From positions 140,873 through 204,872 of the forward strand of contig NMRA01000380.1 of NCBI GenBank assembly GCA_002633005.1: 64,000 nt of DNA. The letters run 5' to 3'. This document shows positions 24,501 through 35,038 of this stretch, piece by piece; the first letter of the stretch is position 1, and every line of letters starts with the position of its first letter. A program made the translations under genes and the position numbers. The notes beneath the pieces are model-generated. The model was given only the letters and a program-made list of their open reading frames with translations. It made no database searches and had not been told where the DNA came from. The DNA is from Phoronis australis (taxonomy: Eukaryota > Animalia > Phoronida).

Positions 24501-25032
24501 GAAATTTTTTACAATGTTCCGCTTTTGCAAAATAGGGCTTTTAGGGATTTTACGAAAAAATATACATAAGGTGCATCAAACGAAAATATCTTTTTGAAAA
24601 CTGAAAAAGCGTTTTTGTCATTTTATATTGTATTAATTATGATGCAATTACTTTCAGAAAACATATAATTTTAGAAAATTGATTCCAATAGTTTGTGCAT
24701 GTACATGTATGAATTTAGCTTAATGGACAGACTTGTCGTTAAGATCCTGAAAAAACCTTAAAGAGGGAGATTTGTATAAGAAAAGTCGGCAATGTCACCC
24801 TCAATATGAGTTGTTTCAGTTTCTCACAAGGAATGTAGCAGTTACATGTTTCATAAAAGCCTCAGGCTCCTTCAAAATTATACCTTACGCTCACCTTTGC
24901 CAAGCACGTTGCCTGACACTGGGCCTTTAGCGTCCAATCTCTGTACCCCAAATTTGCAGACGTTACACTCTTGGTCTCTAGATAAATGAAAATTGCAGCC
25001 AGGGCAATACACGAAAATACGCCCTTTGGCAT
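421..25032 (-). CDS. Multi-exon single-pass receptor (signal peptide, Cys-rich domain, ~3 FN3-like repeats, TM); Torso-like RTK-type ectodomain; 3' part not resolved in window. join(complement): 24895-25032, 15596-15715, 12580-12649, 10165-10355, 6679-6805, 6323-6418, 4922-4980, 3141-3306, 2366-2556, 1454-1640, 421-572
   Basis: Eleven exons found by hand, all with AG acceptors and GT donors and matching intron phases (0,0,1,0,1,1,0,1,0,1,0). They total 1497 nt = 499 codons with no stop. The product has many N-x-S/T sequons, FN3 hallmarks (PPxN...W..P, GL...Y...V.A) and one TM helix followed by basic residues. The Torso-like label is family recognition only; the kinase is not seen. Confidence 0.85.
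1454..1640 (-). CDS. Receptor exon 10 (YQTWFVMSGLKATGGEYELDLAAVSNSG...SSQLT)
   Basis: Acceptor ttttcgtttaaataag, donor CAG|gtacac, 187 nt, phase 0-1; FN3 C-terminal half plus Ser-rich stalk. Confidence 0.85.
1727..2022. mobile_element. Degenerate MITE with long imperfect TIRs (GGC...GCC, Harbinger-like)
   Basis: ggctgagaacgaaaa...taataaaatcg pairs with cgattttatga...ttttcgttttttagcc. Confidence 0.4.
2366..2556 (-). CDS. Receptor exon 9 (PDPPRNFTVTDKWTNGENFSVNITWREP...HYILGWLK...SMDK)
   Basis: Acceptor atttttccag, donor AAG|gttaga, 191 nt, phase 1-0; classic FN3 N-terminal half; absent from the ORF track. Confidence 0.9.
3141..3306 (-). CDS. Receptor exon 8 (EFLPRLLIPGLELDRTYDVKIMATN...FTTPTCLQTTGHNYTSC)
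   Basis: Acceptor cttcgtttcag, donor GTG|gtatta, 166 nt, phase 0-1; FN3 GL...Y.V.I.A motif plus TPxCL...N...C linker. Confidence 0.88.
4256..4714. mobile_element. MITE with ~22-bp TIRs and 10-bp TSD (Mutator-like by TSD length)
   Basis: TIR ctcgctggttccctgcgtgccg / cggcacgcagggaacaagcgag; perfect direct repeat gtctgtacgt at 4246-4255 and 4715-4724. Confidence 0.8.
4922..4980 (-). CDS. Receptor exon 7 (GPCSFQVSVMDTDRVSHYE)
   Basis: Acceptor ttttacttttaag, donor GAG|gtgagt, 59 nt, phase 1-0. Confidence 0.8.
5301..5446. mobile_element. hAT-like MITE
   Basis: TIR tagtgctgtagtgg / ccactacagcactg; 8-bp TSD ctagcaag / ctagtaag (7/8). Confidence 0.75.
5831..5953 (-). mobile_element. tRNA-derived SINE head
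   Basis: Minus strand GGCAGTGTGGCCTAGTG (A box) ... GGTTCGAGTCCC (B box); no convincing cloverleaf. Confidence 0.6.
6323..6418 (-). CDS. Receptor exon 6 (DSLPPPSNVHVLSQLVTSLRVETVIGWEVPP)
   Basis: Acceptor ttttgtttcag, donor CTG|gtaaaa, 96 nt, phase 1-1; FN3 start PPPSN...WEVP. Confidence 0.87.
6679..6805 (-). CDS. Receptor exon 5 (RFQPIVTFKSRYGMSMQFGVTVISQDGVVAESNASEWTILTR)
   Basis: Acceptor tctgtttcag, donor GAA|gtaaaa, 127 nt, phase 0-1; FN3-like C-terminal strands. Confidence 0.82.
6870..7059. repeat. Minisatellite, 25-bp unit ACTCTTTAGCTAGACATCTCA(C/A)TTC, ~7.5 copies
   Basis: Direct periodicity visible in sequence. Confidence 0.95.
8517..8829. repeat. Minisatellite, 34-bp unit TATGRCTCCTACRCKGTATCTGAATACAATRCAT, ~9 copies
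   Basis: Direct periodicity; one unit has a 7-bp CACTGTA expansion at ~8731-8744. Confidence 0.95.
10165..10355 (-). CDS. Receptor exon 4 (SDVLRHVNCT...RRTGDWFYLGT)
   Basis: Acceptor gttttgtag, donor ACG|gtgagt, 191 nt, phase 1-0; lies inside ORF 10120..10407. Confidence 0.85.
12580..12649 (-). CDS. Receptor exon 3 (QRNQTCLESCELMRRLMNRTLPT)
   Basis: Acceptor ttattttctag, donor ACAG|gtaagg, 70 nt, phase 0-1; CxxSC completes the Cys-rich domain. Confidence 0.85.
13102..13370. mobile_element. End of an interspersed repeat carrying a 162-bp near-perfect palindrome (13203-13364)
   Basis: Arms tagattattacatg...ggggc / gcccc...catgtaataatcta around a TAAC loop; homologous copy at 58966-59350. Confidence 0.7.
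14651..14805. mobile_element. Short MITE (CAGTG.../...CCCTG ends); second, inverted copy at 59149-59316
   Basis: Imperfect TIRs; aligns over its full length with the reverse complement of 59149-59316. Confidence 0.7.
15596..15715 (-). CDS. Receptor exon 2, Cys-rich (YGQKEDIHSYLDEFYKPYSCNGMCKDCTKGCVSSQKDCNC)
   Basis: Acceptor tcttgtttctag, donor TGT|gtaagt, 120 nt, phase 0-0, six Cys. Confidence 0.85.
15830..16585. mobile_element. Probable non-autonomous DNA element (Helentron-associated-like), boundaries approximate
   Basis: Repeated AARATGGCGG / GCCATTTT motifs, repeated tttttgagttatttga blocks, end gagcgctcttg; no coding capacity. Confidence 0.35.
19176..19830. mobile_element. Interspersed non-autonomous DNA element starting at TTAA (second Kolobok-like family)
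   Basis: Aligns with 62169-62660 (gacgaaagtacYatct..., accaaataaggagacg, tttgaaatttgaaactaaaagaaaa, aatacctggtgagcaggtt); partial copies at ~21560-21710 (inverted) and ~28200-28420. Confidence 0.6.
21713..21787. repeat. Degenerate short tandem repeat (CCCCTCGACCC-like)
   Basis: About six CTCGAC cores in C-rich context. Confidence 0.7.
22470..23640 (-). pseudogene. Heavily decayed non-LTR retrotransposon ORF2 (APE endonuclease and linker; CR1/L2-group-like) in receptor intron 1
   Basis: Frameshifted motifs in the expected order: LSLLNIQG, ..NDLN (GDLN-like), RQTKDRKIQGFG, VIID, WFTEC, CLITGVFP. Confidence 0.5.
24895..25032 (-). CDS. Receptor coding exon 1: signal peptide and start of Cys-rich domain (MPKGVFSCIALAAIFIYLETKSVTSANLGYRDWTLKAQCQATCLAK)
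   Basis: Acceptor tttcag with exon starting at 25041, ATG 9 nt in, hydrophobic signal peptide, CxxxC, donor AAG|gtgagc, phase 0. Confidence 0.82.
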
Positions 25033-25659
25033 GCTGACGTTCTGAAACGGTTAAAAAGTCACATCACACGTATAATCTAACTGATAGAAAAGCTCAAGGT
25101 AACAGAAGGTTTAAGAACTAACCACGGTGACGACATAAAAGTAAAACCTTAAAAGGCCGAGAATGTATTAACTTTGATGTTTCTGATGAAGCCATCTAAA
25201 TAAAGTTAATTACTTTGGTTTCAGACAGCTAATTAAAATGCTGAAGCCCTTTCTTTATTCGTACTCCGTCGCGCCACCCAAAATGCATGGCATAAAATCA
25301 ACACTGCTGATAAGGTTTTGATCAAAATATTACTTTTAATTTATTTGACGCCTATTTGCGTCCTCGGTACTACACGTAAAAAAGAGACTAATATGGAAAA
25401 AAGATTTCACGTAATACCAAAAACATCGGCGTAATTCAGCATTTGATTGAAACAAGTGTCTTAGATAAGATATTTCAAAGATCTTGTCTCAGTACTACCC
25501 TCGAAATTTCAATCGAACATGAAATGATCACCTTTTTCTGTGATTCACAGTGAAATTCAAGCTTAAGTGAAGCAAAAAAGAACACCAGCGCTATAATAGT
25601 AGTTGCAGCAACAACAATTCCTTAAACTTTGCGAGCTGTTCTTCAGTTAATCTTCTTAC

Positions 25660-25800
25660 CTGTAATAAATATTGCGACTTACTGCTGTTTACGAAAGGTG
25701 TTCCAGCGCCTGACTGATAAAACACCTTAATAGCGGAATGACTTGTGAGCACGTGACAGCTGAGGCCAGGCGCATTGAACAGGAATTCTCAAAGATAATG
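25660..25800 (-). promoter_or_regulatory. Candidate non-coding first exon / promoter region of the receptor gene
   Basis: The start-codon exon has an acceptor, so an upstream exon is needed. A strong donor CAG|gtaaga sits at 25660/25659, with E-boxes (CACGTG, CAGCTG) near 25750-25762. The 5' boundary is a guess. Confidence 0.3.
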
Positions 25801-28800
25801 AATCGGTGAGGTAGGCACTGATTACATTATTCATGTTTTGTGCCTAATGTCAATATCATAACACATAATCGAGGAATGTGCAAAAATTAAAGCAACACAC
25901 GCTATTGTAAATCTTAATAGATATCATCGATTCAAATTGCTTGATATCCCTTTTAATGATCTTTCATTGTCCTTGATTCCTTTAAATCAACAAATATTCT
26001 TTTATTTCATTTCTGTTCGCGGTTGCTTGGGGACCGGTTGTAAGCTTCTATTGCACTCTTTTTGCTACCACTTCGCTCTATGATAATAAAATTGTGAAAG
26101 CGTAATTTATGATTGCACGTGTGTCAAGCAAAGCAGAATATGTCACTAATTTCCATCAAGACCAAACTGAACATCAAGCGATTGCCCTGTTAGCATTAAT
26201 GTTTCCGTTTTTTAGAAAACTGAATGTCCTTCTGTAAGGCTGTCCGAAAGAACAAAATCAAAATTATTATGCTATGCAACATCGCTCAAAAAGTCATTGC
26301 CACCATGCCATTATAATTATGTCCGAAGGTATGTGGAACATAAACAGCACTCTCTTCATACAGTCACAAAATTTTGCCGCTTCAATTCAGTCGAAGGGTT
26401 CCTCCCACTTCCACCTGAATATTGAAACCGAAGCAGTTCAATACTATAGAAATTTTGTGATTCAAACCATTTCTCGCTTTCACGTTTAATCAGGTAAGTG
26501 AAAAGAGAATGCTATTACTTCTACTACGGTTGTGTTCATCTGCAGTCAACTGTTCCTCACATATTCCTCTTTAACCCGAACAATAATTGGAACTTCGGAT
26601 GGATACTCTGCATCGACTGTATGCATGTTGGTTGCACGTGACATAGGGGGTTTAGGGCGCTATAGGGTCCATTCCGTTCGCTAGGGACACTATGCTGTCA
26701 CCATGCATTTTTGGCTAAAGTGGAAATTTCACTTCGTAAATTGTGAATGGCTTCTCCGCTTACATCGTAGATCCCCCAGTGTATGGCATAGGTCCGCGTA
26801 TCTATGCCCATGCACCAACATGTGAAGTTGCGCCAATATCGGTAACTTAAGGCACCGTGTGAGAATAGCTTAAGTAAAACAGAGATGGCACTTTTGAAAA
26901 CAACCATAGGTGTGACGTGTATTCAACTTAGCATTGACTAATGAAAGATTCAAATGTGAATAAAGGAAGCGCCAAGAACAGCCAGTTTCAGACACGCTCA
27001 AATACGTGTCCGTCTGAACACATCAGTGAAGTTGAGGCTAAATGCGAAACACTTGGCCCCTTAATGTGGAATGGCATGAAATTAAAAAGGAGGAAGATAT
27101 CAGTTACATTTGATTTCATCAAGGCGGATCCCTTGGCATGGCGTGATATATAAGTTCTCAAAACAGGAGAGACCAGCAGTTGATTTCATTTTCGTGTCTC
27201 CCTCTGAGGGCGGGTTCACGTTCGGTGAAAGGATCCACAAATTCAAAAATAAAGAAAAAGAGTTGGCGTCATCATGGGGGCACTGCATGAAAGAATGAAC
27301 TATAACAAAAACAATGGATAAGACTGGTAGCTGATTCTATCATCAAACCTTTCTGTTAAGATGAAAGGTGACAAAGCAATTGAAGAGCGACAGTTGATGC
27401 TATAATCGGTATACCATTGTTATCAAAGGATAGTCGTTTGAAAACACGACACCAAATGTAATTGACGATATCATTGCGGTCACCTCCACCAGGGAGCGTT
27501 CCTCAATATAAGCTGGTACCATTTCATGGATTTATGAGCAACATAAACACAAACACCAGTGTCTTTGCATCCTCTAAAAATTCCTTTTGAGTCTGTGCAA
27601 ATCACTTTTTATGGGACGGCTGGAAGTTGGAATGTACTAATAGATACGTCTTACATGAAAGCATTTGCCGCACGATGCTGGTAATTTTCTAAGGAACTTG
27701 CGCGCACCTTATTATACATGGTACATTGCATGCCCACCATCAGGAATAAGTAAACTATTGTTAAACTGTTCTCAGCTTTTCTGGACAGGGTAATTGGTTT
27801 CTGCTGAGGTAAACCTACTAAAGGGGTCACTACTAGCCACAGCTGTCATCAAAGCTTGTAATGCAACTGATGGAAGGCCGCAAGATTTTTTAAACCTTAG
27901 AACACGACTTCAAACTGATTTCTAGAAGCTGTGAAATTTAAAAATACGTCAAGCGTAAAAAAGTGTAAATGAAATTCCTCAGCCCCCCATTCATACATGT
28001 GTGTGAGCGCACTAAAAATGTTCCTTTGCCGGCTTTTTTGGAATGTCAAAGAAATCGTATTTTGCCCTGACAGCTAGGCCTGCCTTGCACAGCAGACTTA
28101 CAATTAAGGCCAATTACAATTGCTAAACGCAACGTCTTCTGTGTTCTCACAACGCTAAAGGGTTGTTTGTGGAATATTTCCCGCTATCGAGCTACAGTGT
28201 AGGTACAGAGTACAGATTTGTGATAAAGCCGGTGAATAAGAAATCCTTGGTCAGGAGTCAAATTTGTGCCTATTTGCTGTTGTTCAAATAACGACCGTGG
28301 CAAACAATAATGAACTGCCGTATCTACGGAAGCCCAAAATAGCCAAAATAGAGTAGCTTTATAGCGGTAAGTGGTCTAAATGAAAACTATTTTTGGGAAG
28401 AAAGCGGCTTCATAGCATCTTTAAAAGTAGCCAGGAAGTGATGACGTAGATCAACTGTTGGCTTTTACATAGACACTCTCCACATTTGGGTACATACTAA
28501 CCCACTGGTAACTCCGAAAAAGGGCGTACATGTAGCTTCGTCTTATTGGCTGTATAATTGGTAGATATCTTACTTTTCAAAACGTACATATCTTTTCTGG
28601 GCAACGCCTTGTGTATTCAGAAACAACACTATAGCTAAAACGCGTAATAAATACAGTGTGTAACTGTTGTTGTGCTTGAAATTAGCAGAATTTTATTCGA
28701 TTATTCTCGAAATCGATAACTTAGGATAATATTTTGATGCACACGAAGACCTCTTCGAATGAAACGTTTCCGGTGTGCACTGTGCAATTAGAAAAAAAAG

Positions 28801-30290
28801 ATTTTGTGTGTCTTAACGTAAGTGGAGGAAATTAGTGTTATTACCAACGGCACATTAGGAAGGTGAGAAAGCGGACAACGATTATTTCAAGTGTACTTCC
28901 CGAGTACTTAAAATCTCAAAATACCCATCCCGAATGCTAACTTGCCACGAAATGTTTTCTAGACATCATTCCCTAATCATTCATCCAGTGGTATAGCTAA
29001 TAAATATCCTTTAATTTTTCAAGACCAGGATTATTCTTGAATTCTAATTTTGCACATCGCCTCCCTAGCAGGTTGCGAAAGCGTAGTTAGTAGAAGGCTC
29101 TCCAGCGGCATAGAAGGGCTTAAGTTAAGACCACAGACCAAAAGCCTTTGTGTCTATGAAACGATATTTCTGTATTTTCTTTTTAACTTAACGTGAATAT
29201 CCATCTTAACTCAGAATTTTTTTAGGTATAAGCCTTTTGTCACTTTTCATGAAACACGTTTATTAGTTCTCTGTGATGACACCGGATGTTAACGAATATA
29301 TAACCTTCCCACAATTCATTCGGAAAATGACAGCAGCACTTTAAACGAAATCCACAGAACCAGAAAAGTTATTTTTGGAACGCTTTTCAAACTATTGTAC
29401 TGGGCAAGGCATTTTCAGTCGGTCCAAATGCGAAACAAACCCGAGATCTGTTTAAAGGTGTGAAAAAAGATCTGCGTGTAAACTTCGCTTGCGTTTCTCT
29501 GTGCAGGTTATTGAAACCGAGCTCAACATTGAACAGTATTCTGTTAGGAAACATCGAATATACAAGAACACGAGCATACCGTTCGGGAATGGGCCCTCTA
29601 AGTTTTGATCTGCAATGAATCCCCATATCCGCCATAATTCTGCTTTCAATTGTATGTTGTTATACGAAATTGATAAATAAATTAAAGTAGTCATTCACCT
29701 CGTTTCCGGGACTTTTAATAAAATTTGTATGCTTCTACTCAAAACAACGGTTTTATTTTAGTGACAACGTTGATCCGAATAGTTAATTGTATCACTTCCC
29801 ATTACTTTGGCTAATTGTGCCTTTAATTTAGATTTGAGGAAAAAAACATTTGATAGATTCTGCTGTCTTCTCTCACAATGTTAGCCATTCGTCTATCATC
29901 AGCTTTAATTGTGGTCACTATTTTAAATATTTCGTCTTCCCACTGTCATCGTGTATTTGTTGTCGCAGAATGAGTTGCCAGCTTACCATAGAAGCATGTC
30001 ATCCAATACTTTGATGCGTGGGGGAGCTTGGGGAGGCCCCACTCAAGTCGCAGGGTATAACAGCTGTGTATAAACAGCTAGTGCAATGAATAATTAGCCT
30101 AATACCAGGAACCCAGCCACAAACCCATGTCCTCGTTCTGATGACTACAAATAACACCCGTAGCCAGATATGCAAGATTCATGTCCGTATAGTGTGACCA
30201 TTGTAAACGAAGCTCACATGTTTCTCTGTGGTCGGAATAGTTTTCATTATGTTGTCCGATTCTGTAGCATTTGGTCTATAGGGTTTTTAA

Positions 30291-31878
30291 AGGAGCATAC
30301 CACCCAAAACACAACCTAATTTGTATCAATTTAGATCGAGTAGTTCTACTCCATGATGACACGTACGGTTGCGTTACCTGACACCTGTCGGCAGATGGAG
30401 GTGTTGAAATTATCCATTGACGTCATCGGTTTCACACGCAGTCTGTTCAGCAGTTCACAACACGGGTAACTGGTGTCAGCTTATGGCTTGAAGTCATCGT
30501 TTAACACCAATAAATCATCAAACTTCGATGTAAAATCCTTTAAAATACACCGAGTTCTTATAAAAACGTGTTGTTTTATTTCGCTCTTACGGATTTATTA
30601 TATTGGTATTTGGACCCAAAGTTCTAGCCTACAAAGTTCGGCAGGTCAATAAGGTCCGTAGCAGGGGTTTAGTGGGGTCTGTTCGGAGATAATTTCGAAG
30701 TACTTTCCGTGAGATACAGACAGGGGAACCTAGATCTGTGTTGTTTAGACTTGTGATTTTTTGAGTTCTAAACACAAAACGCTTGTTATCCTGGTCAGTG
30801 GCTCGGATCCCGATCAGACATCACAAACATAAACCAGCTAAAGTTCAGTGGAAACTAAACTTCCAGTCAAGAAAATACTATACTAGTGAGCCAAAGTAAT
30901 GTGCACGTGATTATGTTGGCGAATTAGCCACGAAACTGCAAATCTACTTACTCGGAGGCCGCAAGTTCAGGTTAACGTTCCGCTTTGGCGACAGCACCGT
31001 CAGGGCAGAAGTTTTGTACATATCATTATTTGAGTAATGTAAATGTATATAAAGTTTCCCCTAACACCTGGTCGTGGGATGGAAATCGAGTTGTTTCACA
31101 ATAGTTTCTTCCAGCACTAAATTAGCATGATCTCACATGGCCTCGGTGTCCCGTCAATTAGTTTGCACCTAAAGCCGGTAACGCAGTGATTTATTCATTG
31201 CTGGCTTCTCAAATCATTTGCACTCACGAACACTAGCTCCAAAGGCATTACAAATTGCATCTAATGAGACAGACTTTGTTTCAGTTTTATATAAGTATTG
31301 GTTAGGTTGAGAACAATTCATTTTGAAACAGAACGCTCGGTAATAAACGCCAACATGGCAACTCGCAATCCCGACTTAGGACGACCTAGAGCTCATCAGT
31401 CCCGACTTCGCTGGTGGGTCGTTAAGTTTCACAGGCTATCAATTCGAACATTAATACAGTGATTAAGAAATACTAGAGAGGCGCCGTCAACAAGCTCAGA
31501 CAACGGAACGAATGGAGTTATTTGGTAAGCCGGCATTCGTCAGGCACTGTCGACGTCTGCAGGCCACAGACACGGAGATGTTTCACGGCCTCATACTTGC
31601 TATTTACAGCGTACAATTCATTCTTCCCTACCATGAGCCACTTCCTAAGCATTTCGGACTCTCGAGCTGCTTAGTTCGGACAAGCGGGTACGATGCACCG
31701 CAACATAGCGTCATTCACTCTGCACATGAACCACTGACGTTGCTAGCGTCGTTTCTCACCTTCTTCTCAGGTTAACGCGACCCCTCTTGGCAAGGTAAGG
31801 TCGACGGTATGCGAGACGATGTGGATATAGACCGATTAAGACGGCAAAAAGACTACTTAAATCGGGTGGTATTCTCCT
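30291..31878 (-). mobile_element. Non-autonomous Kolobok-type DNA transposon, copy 1 (THAP remnant)
   Basis: TTAA at 30287-30290 and 31879-31882; TIR aggagcataccaccc / gggtggtattctcct; degenerate THAP near 31540-31710. Confidence 0.88.
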
Positions 31879-32573
31879 TTAAGTCCACTCACACCCACTA
31901 CGATCATTGGATATGATATTGTTCGTTCCACGTTGGTAAACGAAAGCGTTTTACGCTCATGTCCGGTCTATTGATAACAATAATTGTGATTATTTATTAA
32001 AACGCTTTCCTGTCGTTGTATCCATAGGAATTATCGTGTTTAAAGTAAATGTTCGCAATGGTGCAACTCAGCTTCATGTGAATGTAAATTTGGTATCATT
32101 CTTAAAATTTGAGACCATTGCTGCCGGTCTTATAGCATAAATGTATTGTTTTAAACCATTTGTCGTCAGTAGGCCCTCAGAGTGTCACATAATATTGATC
32201 AGTGATGGTGTCTATGTGTTGATGACGGATTTGAGCAAACGCCCATGTCATAAGCCTAAAGCTTTGGAGTTCTAATCTTACCGTCGGGGCCCAATCTCCT
32301 ATTTTCTGAAAGTTGTTTGAATAAGTGTAAGAGATGCGTAGTGCGGGTAGGCAATTTGAATCTCTCTGTCCTTGTAATAATTCCGCTAAACATCGTGATT
32401 ACGTCTATGTCAGAATTAAATCAAGTGTTGTTTTGCGCCACTGGTTAACCATCCTAATCCGCAAGTCAGCACTGAACTCCATTATATTCATATTTCTGTC
32501 AGCTGCGGTGAGCTTTTTAGAACATATCGTGATCATATATTTTTAATTGAAGTACAACAAAAAGATTATGTGC

Positions 32574-32640
32574 ATGAGTGTTTGTGTGCGTGTGCGTGTG
32601 TGTCCGCGCGCGTGTGTGTGTGAGTATGTGTGTGTGTGTT
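32574..32640. repeat. Imperfect (GT)n microsatellite
   Basis: Direct. Confidence 0.85.
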
Positions 32641-32937
32641 TGATTATGGCACAAAGTGGCTACCTCAATATGACTGCACACCTTGCAACTGACTACCTGA
32701 GACTCAACTAACTACATGACCCAAGTAGTCAATATTGGAGCAGCTAATAGAAACTACTACTGTAATTGAGGCTGTGGGATGTCTGAAATTGTTATTTATG
32801 AATGGTGTTACTTGATATCAAATGTCTGATTTTGAGTGCCATCCACACAGTTCCACTAGCCAGAGTACACACACTTGGCATCAAGTGACCTACTTATGAA
32901 GAAGTGCGTGAGCCTGTTGTTACGTCAGGGTTATTAA

Positions 32938-34887
32938 AGGAGAATGCCACCCGATTTATCGTCATAATCGGTCTATGTCCACATGACCTCGTATACGATC
33001 GATCTTACCTCGTCGAGAGGTGTCGCGTTAACCTGTGAGGAAGGTGAGAAACCACGCAGCGACGTCAGTGGTTCTCCGGCAGAGTGAGTGCTGCTTTGGT
33101 GTGGTGATCGTTCCCACTTGTGCGAACTGTGAAGCTGCGAGGAAAGCGGGTGTATCGTTTTTTCGATTTCCTCGAGAGCCCATAATGCTTCGGAAGTGGC
33201 TCGCGGTAGTGAAGAATGAAAAGTACGCCGTTAATACCAAGTATGAGGCCGTGAATCTTCTCCGTTTCTGTCAGTGGCATGCATTTCGTCGTATGGGTTG
33301 TTGATCAGTTTTTGATTATGCATGGAGAATTGTAGTTGGCCATGAAAACATAAACAATTACAATTAATTCAAGGCGTGAGAACATAACGTTTTATATAAC
33401 CTGTTTGATGACTGACTCGTTTGTGAGGCTTCTGTTTGGTCCTCTGGGTGTAAGATGTTTTCGCCAGTTCTTTTTCTCAGCCCTAGTTAAACGTCGTAAG
33501 TACACCTTTTTAGATGCGGTGCAAAATTAGGATGGTCCGTGAGACACATCTGCCCTTCTCCAAGAAGGCGTTTCACTTGCGGAATTTCGTGGCATCAAAC
33601 GCAAGCGTCAGTCGCTAACTGACACCATGACAATTGTCATTCAAACGGTTTTCGGAACTATCCATATTTGTTTCGTTGTCTGTGCACGTTCACGGAGCCC
33701 GTCTTTTATTTCGTGACTAGTGTATTCCTGCGAAACCTAACGATCGACCAGTGAAGTCTTCCTCGAACGAGCACTCGTCTAAGTCGGGATTGTGATTGCC
33801 ACGTTGACGTTTATATTGTGCGTTCTGTTTCAAAATGAATTATTCTCACTCTAACCAATGCTTATATAAAACTGAAACAAAGTCTGTCTCATTAGATACA
33901 ATTTGTAATGTCTTGGAGTGTTCGTGAGCACAAATGTTTTGAGAAGCCAGCAATGAATAAACCACTGTGTTACCGGCTTTTGATGCAATAAACTAATTGA
34001 CTGGGCACCGACTGAGGACGTGTGCATAAGCGCATACTACATGTAATTCAGTGTTTGCTGAAAGAAAGCGGTTGTGAAACAATAACTCGATTTTATGTCC
34101 TATGGTCAGATGTTAGGGGAATCTTTATTTAGATATTCATATACATTATTCGAATCATTGTAACTGTACAACTTTTGCCCTGACGGTTCTGTGCAAGGGC
34201 CACCTGACTTCGCGGCCCCCGACGAGCTAGTAAGGAGATTTGCAGTTTCGTGGCTAATTCACCGAAACAATCACGTGCACATTTTTTCTGTGGCTCACTA
34301 GTATAGTCTTTTCGTGACTGGAAGTTTTGTTTCCAACTTTGGCTGGTTTATGTTCGTGATGTCTTCAGTCCGGCCGCGATGGGCCTGATCGGGTTCCGAG
34401 CCACTGGCCGGGATAGCAAACGTTTTGTGTGTTTACAACTGAAAAAATCCAAAATTACAACAGGAAGGTGTGTTCTCCTGTCTGTGTTTCACGGAGGAAT
34501 AATTTGAGTTATCCCAAACTCCCACGACCGAGCTTGGTAAATTGGCCTACAGAGCTTTGTATGATACGGTACGTTCAAATACCTAAAACTCCGGAACAGC
34601 GAAATAAAATAACACATTTGTTCAATAACTCGATGCATTTGTAAGGGTTATGCATCGAATGAATTTTGATTGGTGTAAAACGATGAATTCAAGCGATTGA
34701 GCTAACGCCAGTAAGCGTGTTGTGAACTGCTGAACAGACTGCATTCAAGCCTCTGACGTCATTGGTTAATTTTAACACCTCCGTCTGCCGTCAGGTGTCA
34801 GGTAAAAGAGCTGTACTTGCTTTTATCGACTGTAACTACTCGATCTAAATTGATACAAAATAGGTTGTTTTGGGGTGGCATTCTCCT
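32938..34887 (+). mobile_element. Non-autonomous Kolobok-type transposon, copy 2, with an internal ~360-bp KolX-like insert
   Basis: TTAA at 32934-32937 and 34888-34891; perfect TIR aggagaatgccaccc / gggtggcattctcct; THAP remnant IVPTCANC...FFRFP...KWL...LRFC. Confidence 0.9.
33292..33654 (-). pseudogene. Fragment of a KolX / P2X7-C-terminal-like Cys-rich gene inside Kolobok copy 2
   Basis: Minus strand LSWCQLATDACV*CHEIPQVKRLLGEGQMCLTDHPNFAPHL, then frameshifted GVLTTF and KKNWRKHLTPRGPNRSLTNE followed by a gtcagt donor; matches the WC...CxCCxE...CxTxHPxF pattern. Confidence 0.7.
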
Positions 34888-35038
34888 TTAAGAGTTCCAG
34901 ATTTGCTGCCTTTAGTGCTTTTGAAACCACATGTTCTGAACACATCCAACCTCGTTTGAATTAAATTTAAAGATTTTGAGAATGGCAGTTCTGCGCTAAG
35001 TCAATGGAAAGTGTTTTCGTTATGATAGATATTATGGT

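Noticed and set aside
30291-31878. piggyBac classification because of the TTAA target
   Set aside because: Termini are 5'-AGG rather than 5'-CCY, and the element carries THAP (plus KolX-like sequence in copy 2), which fits Kolobok
33035-33304. Host THAP-domain gene (also ORFs 51876..52085 and 59690..59899)
   Set aside because: All lie inside TIR/TTAA-bounded repeat copies and carry different frameshifts or stops; transposon remnants
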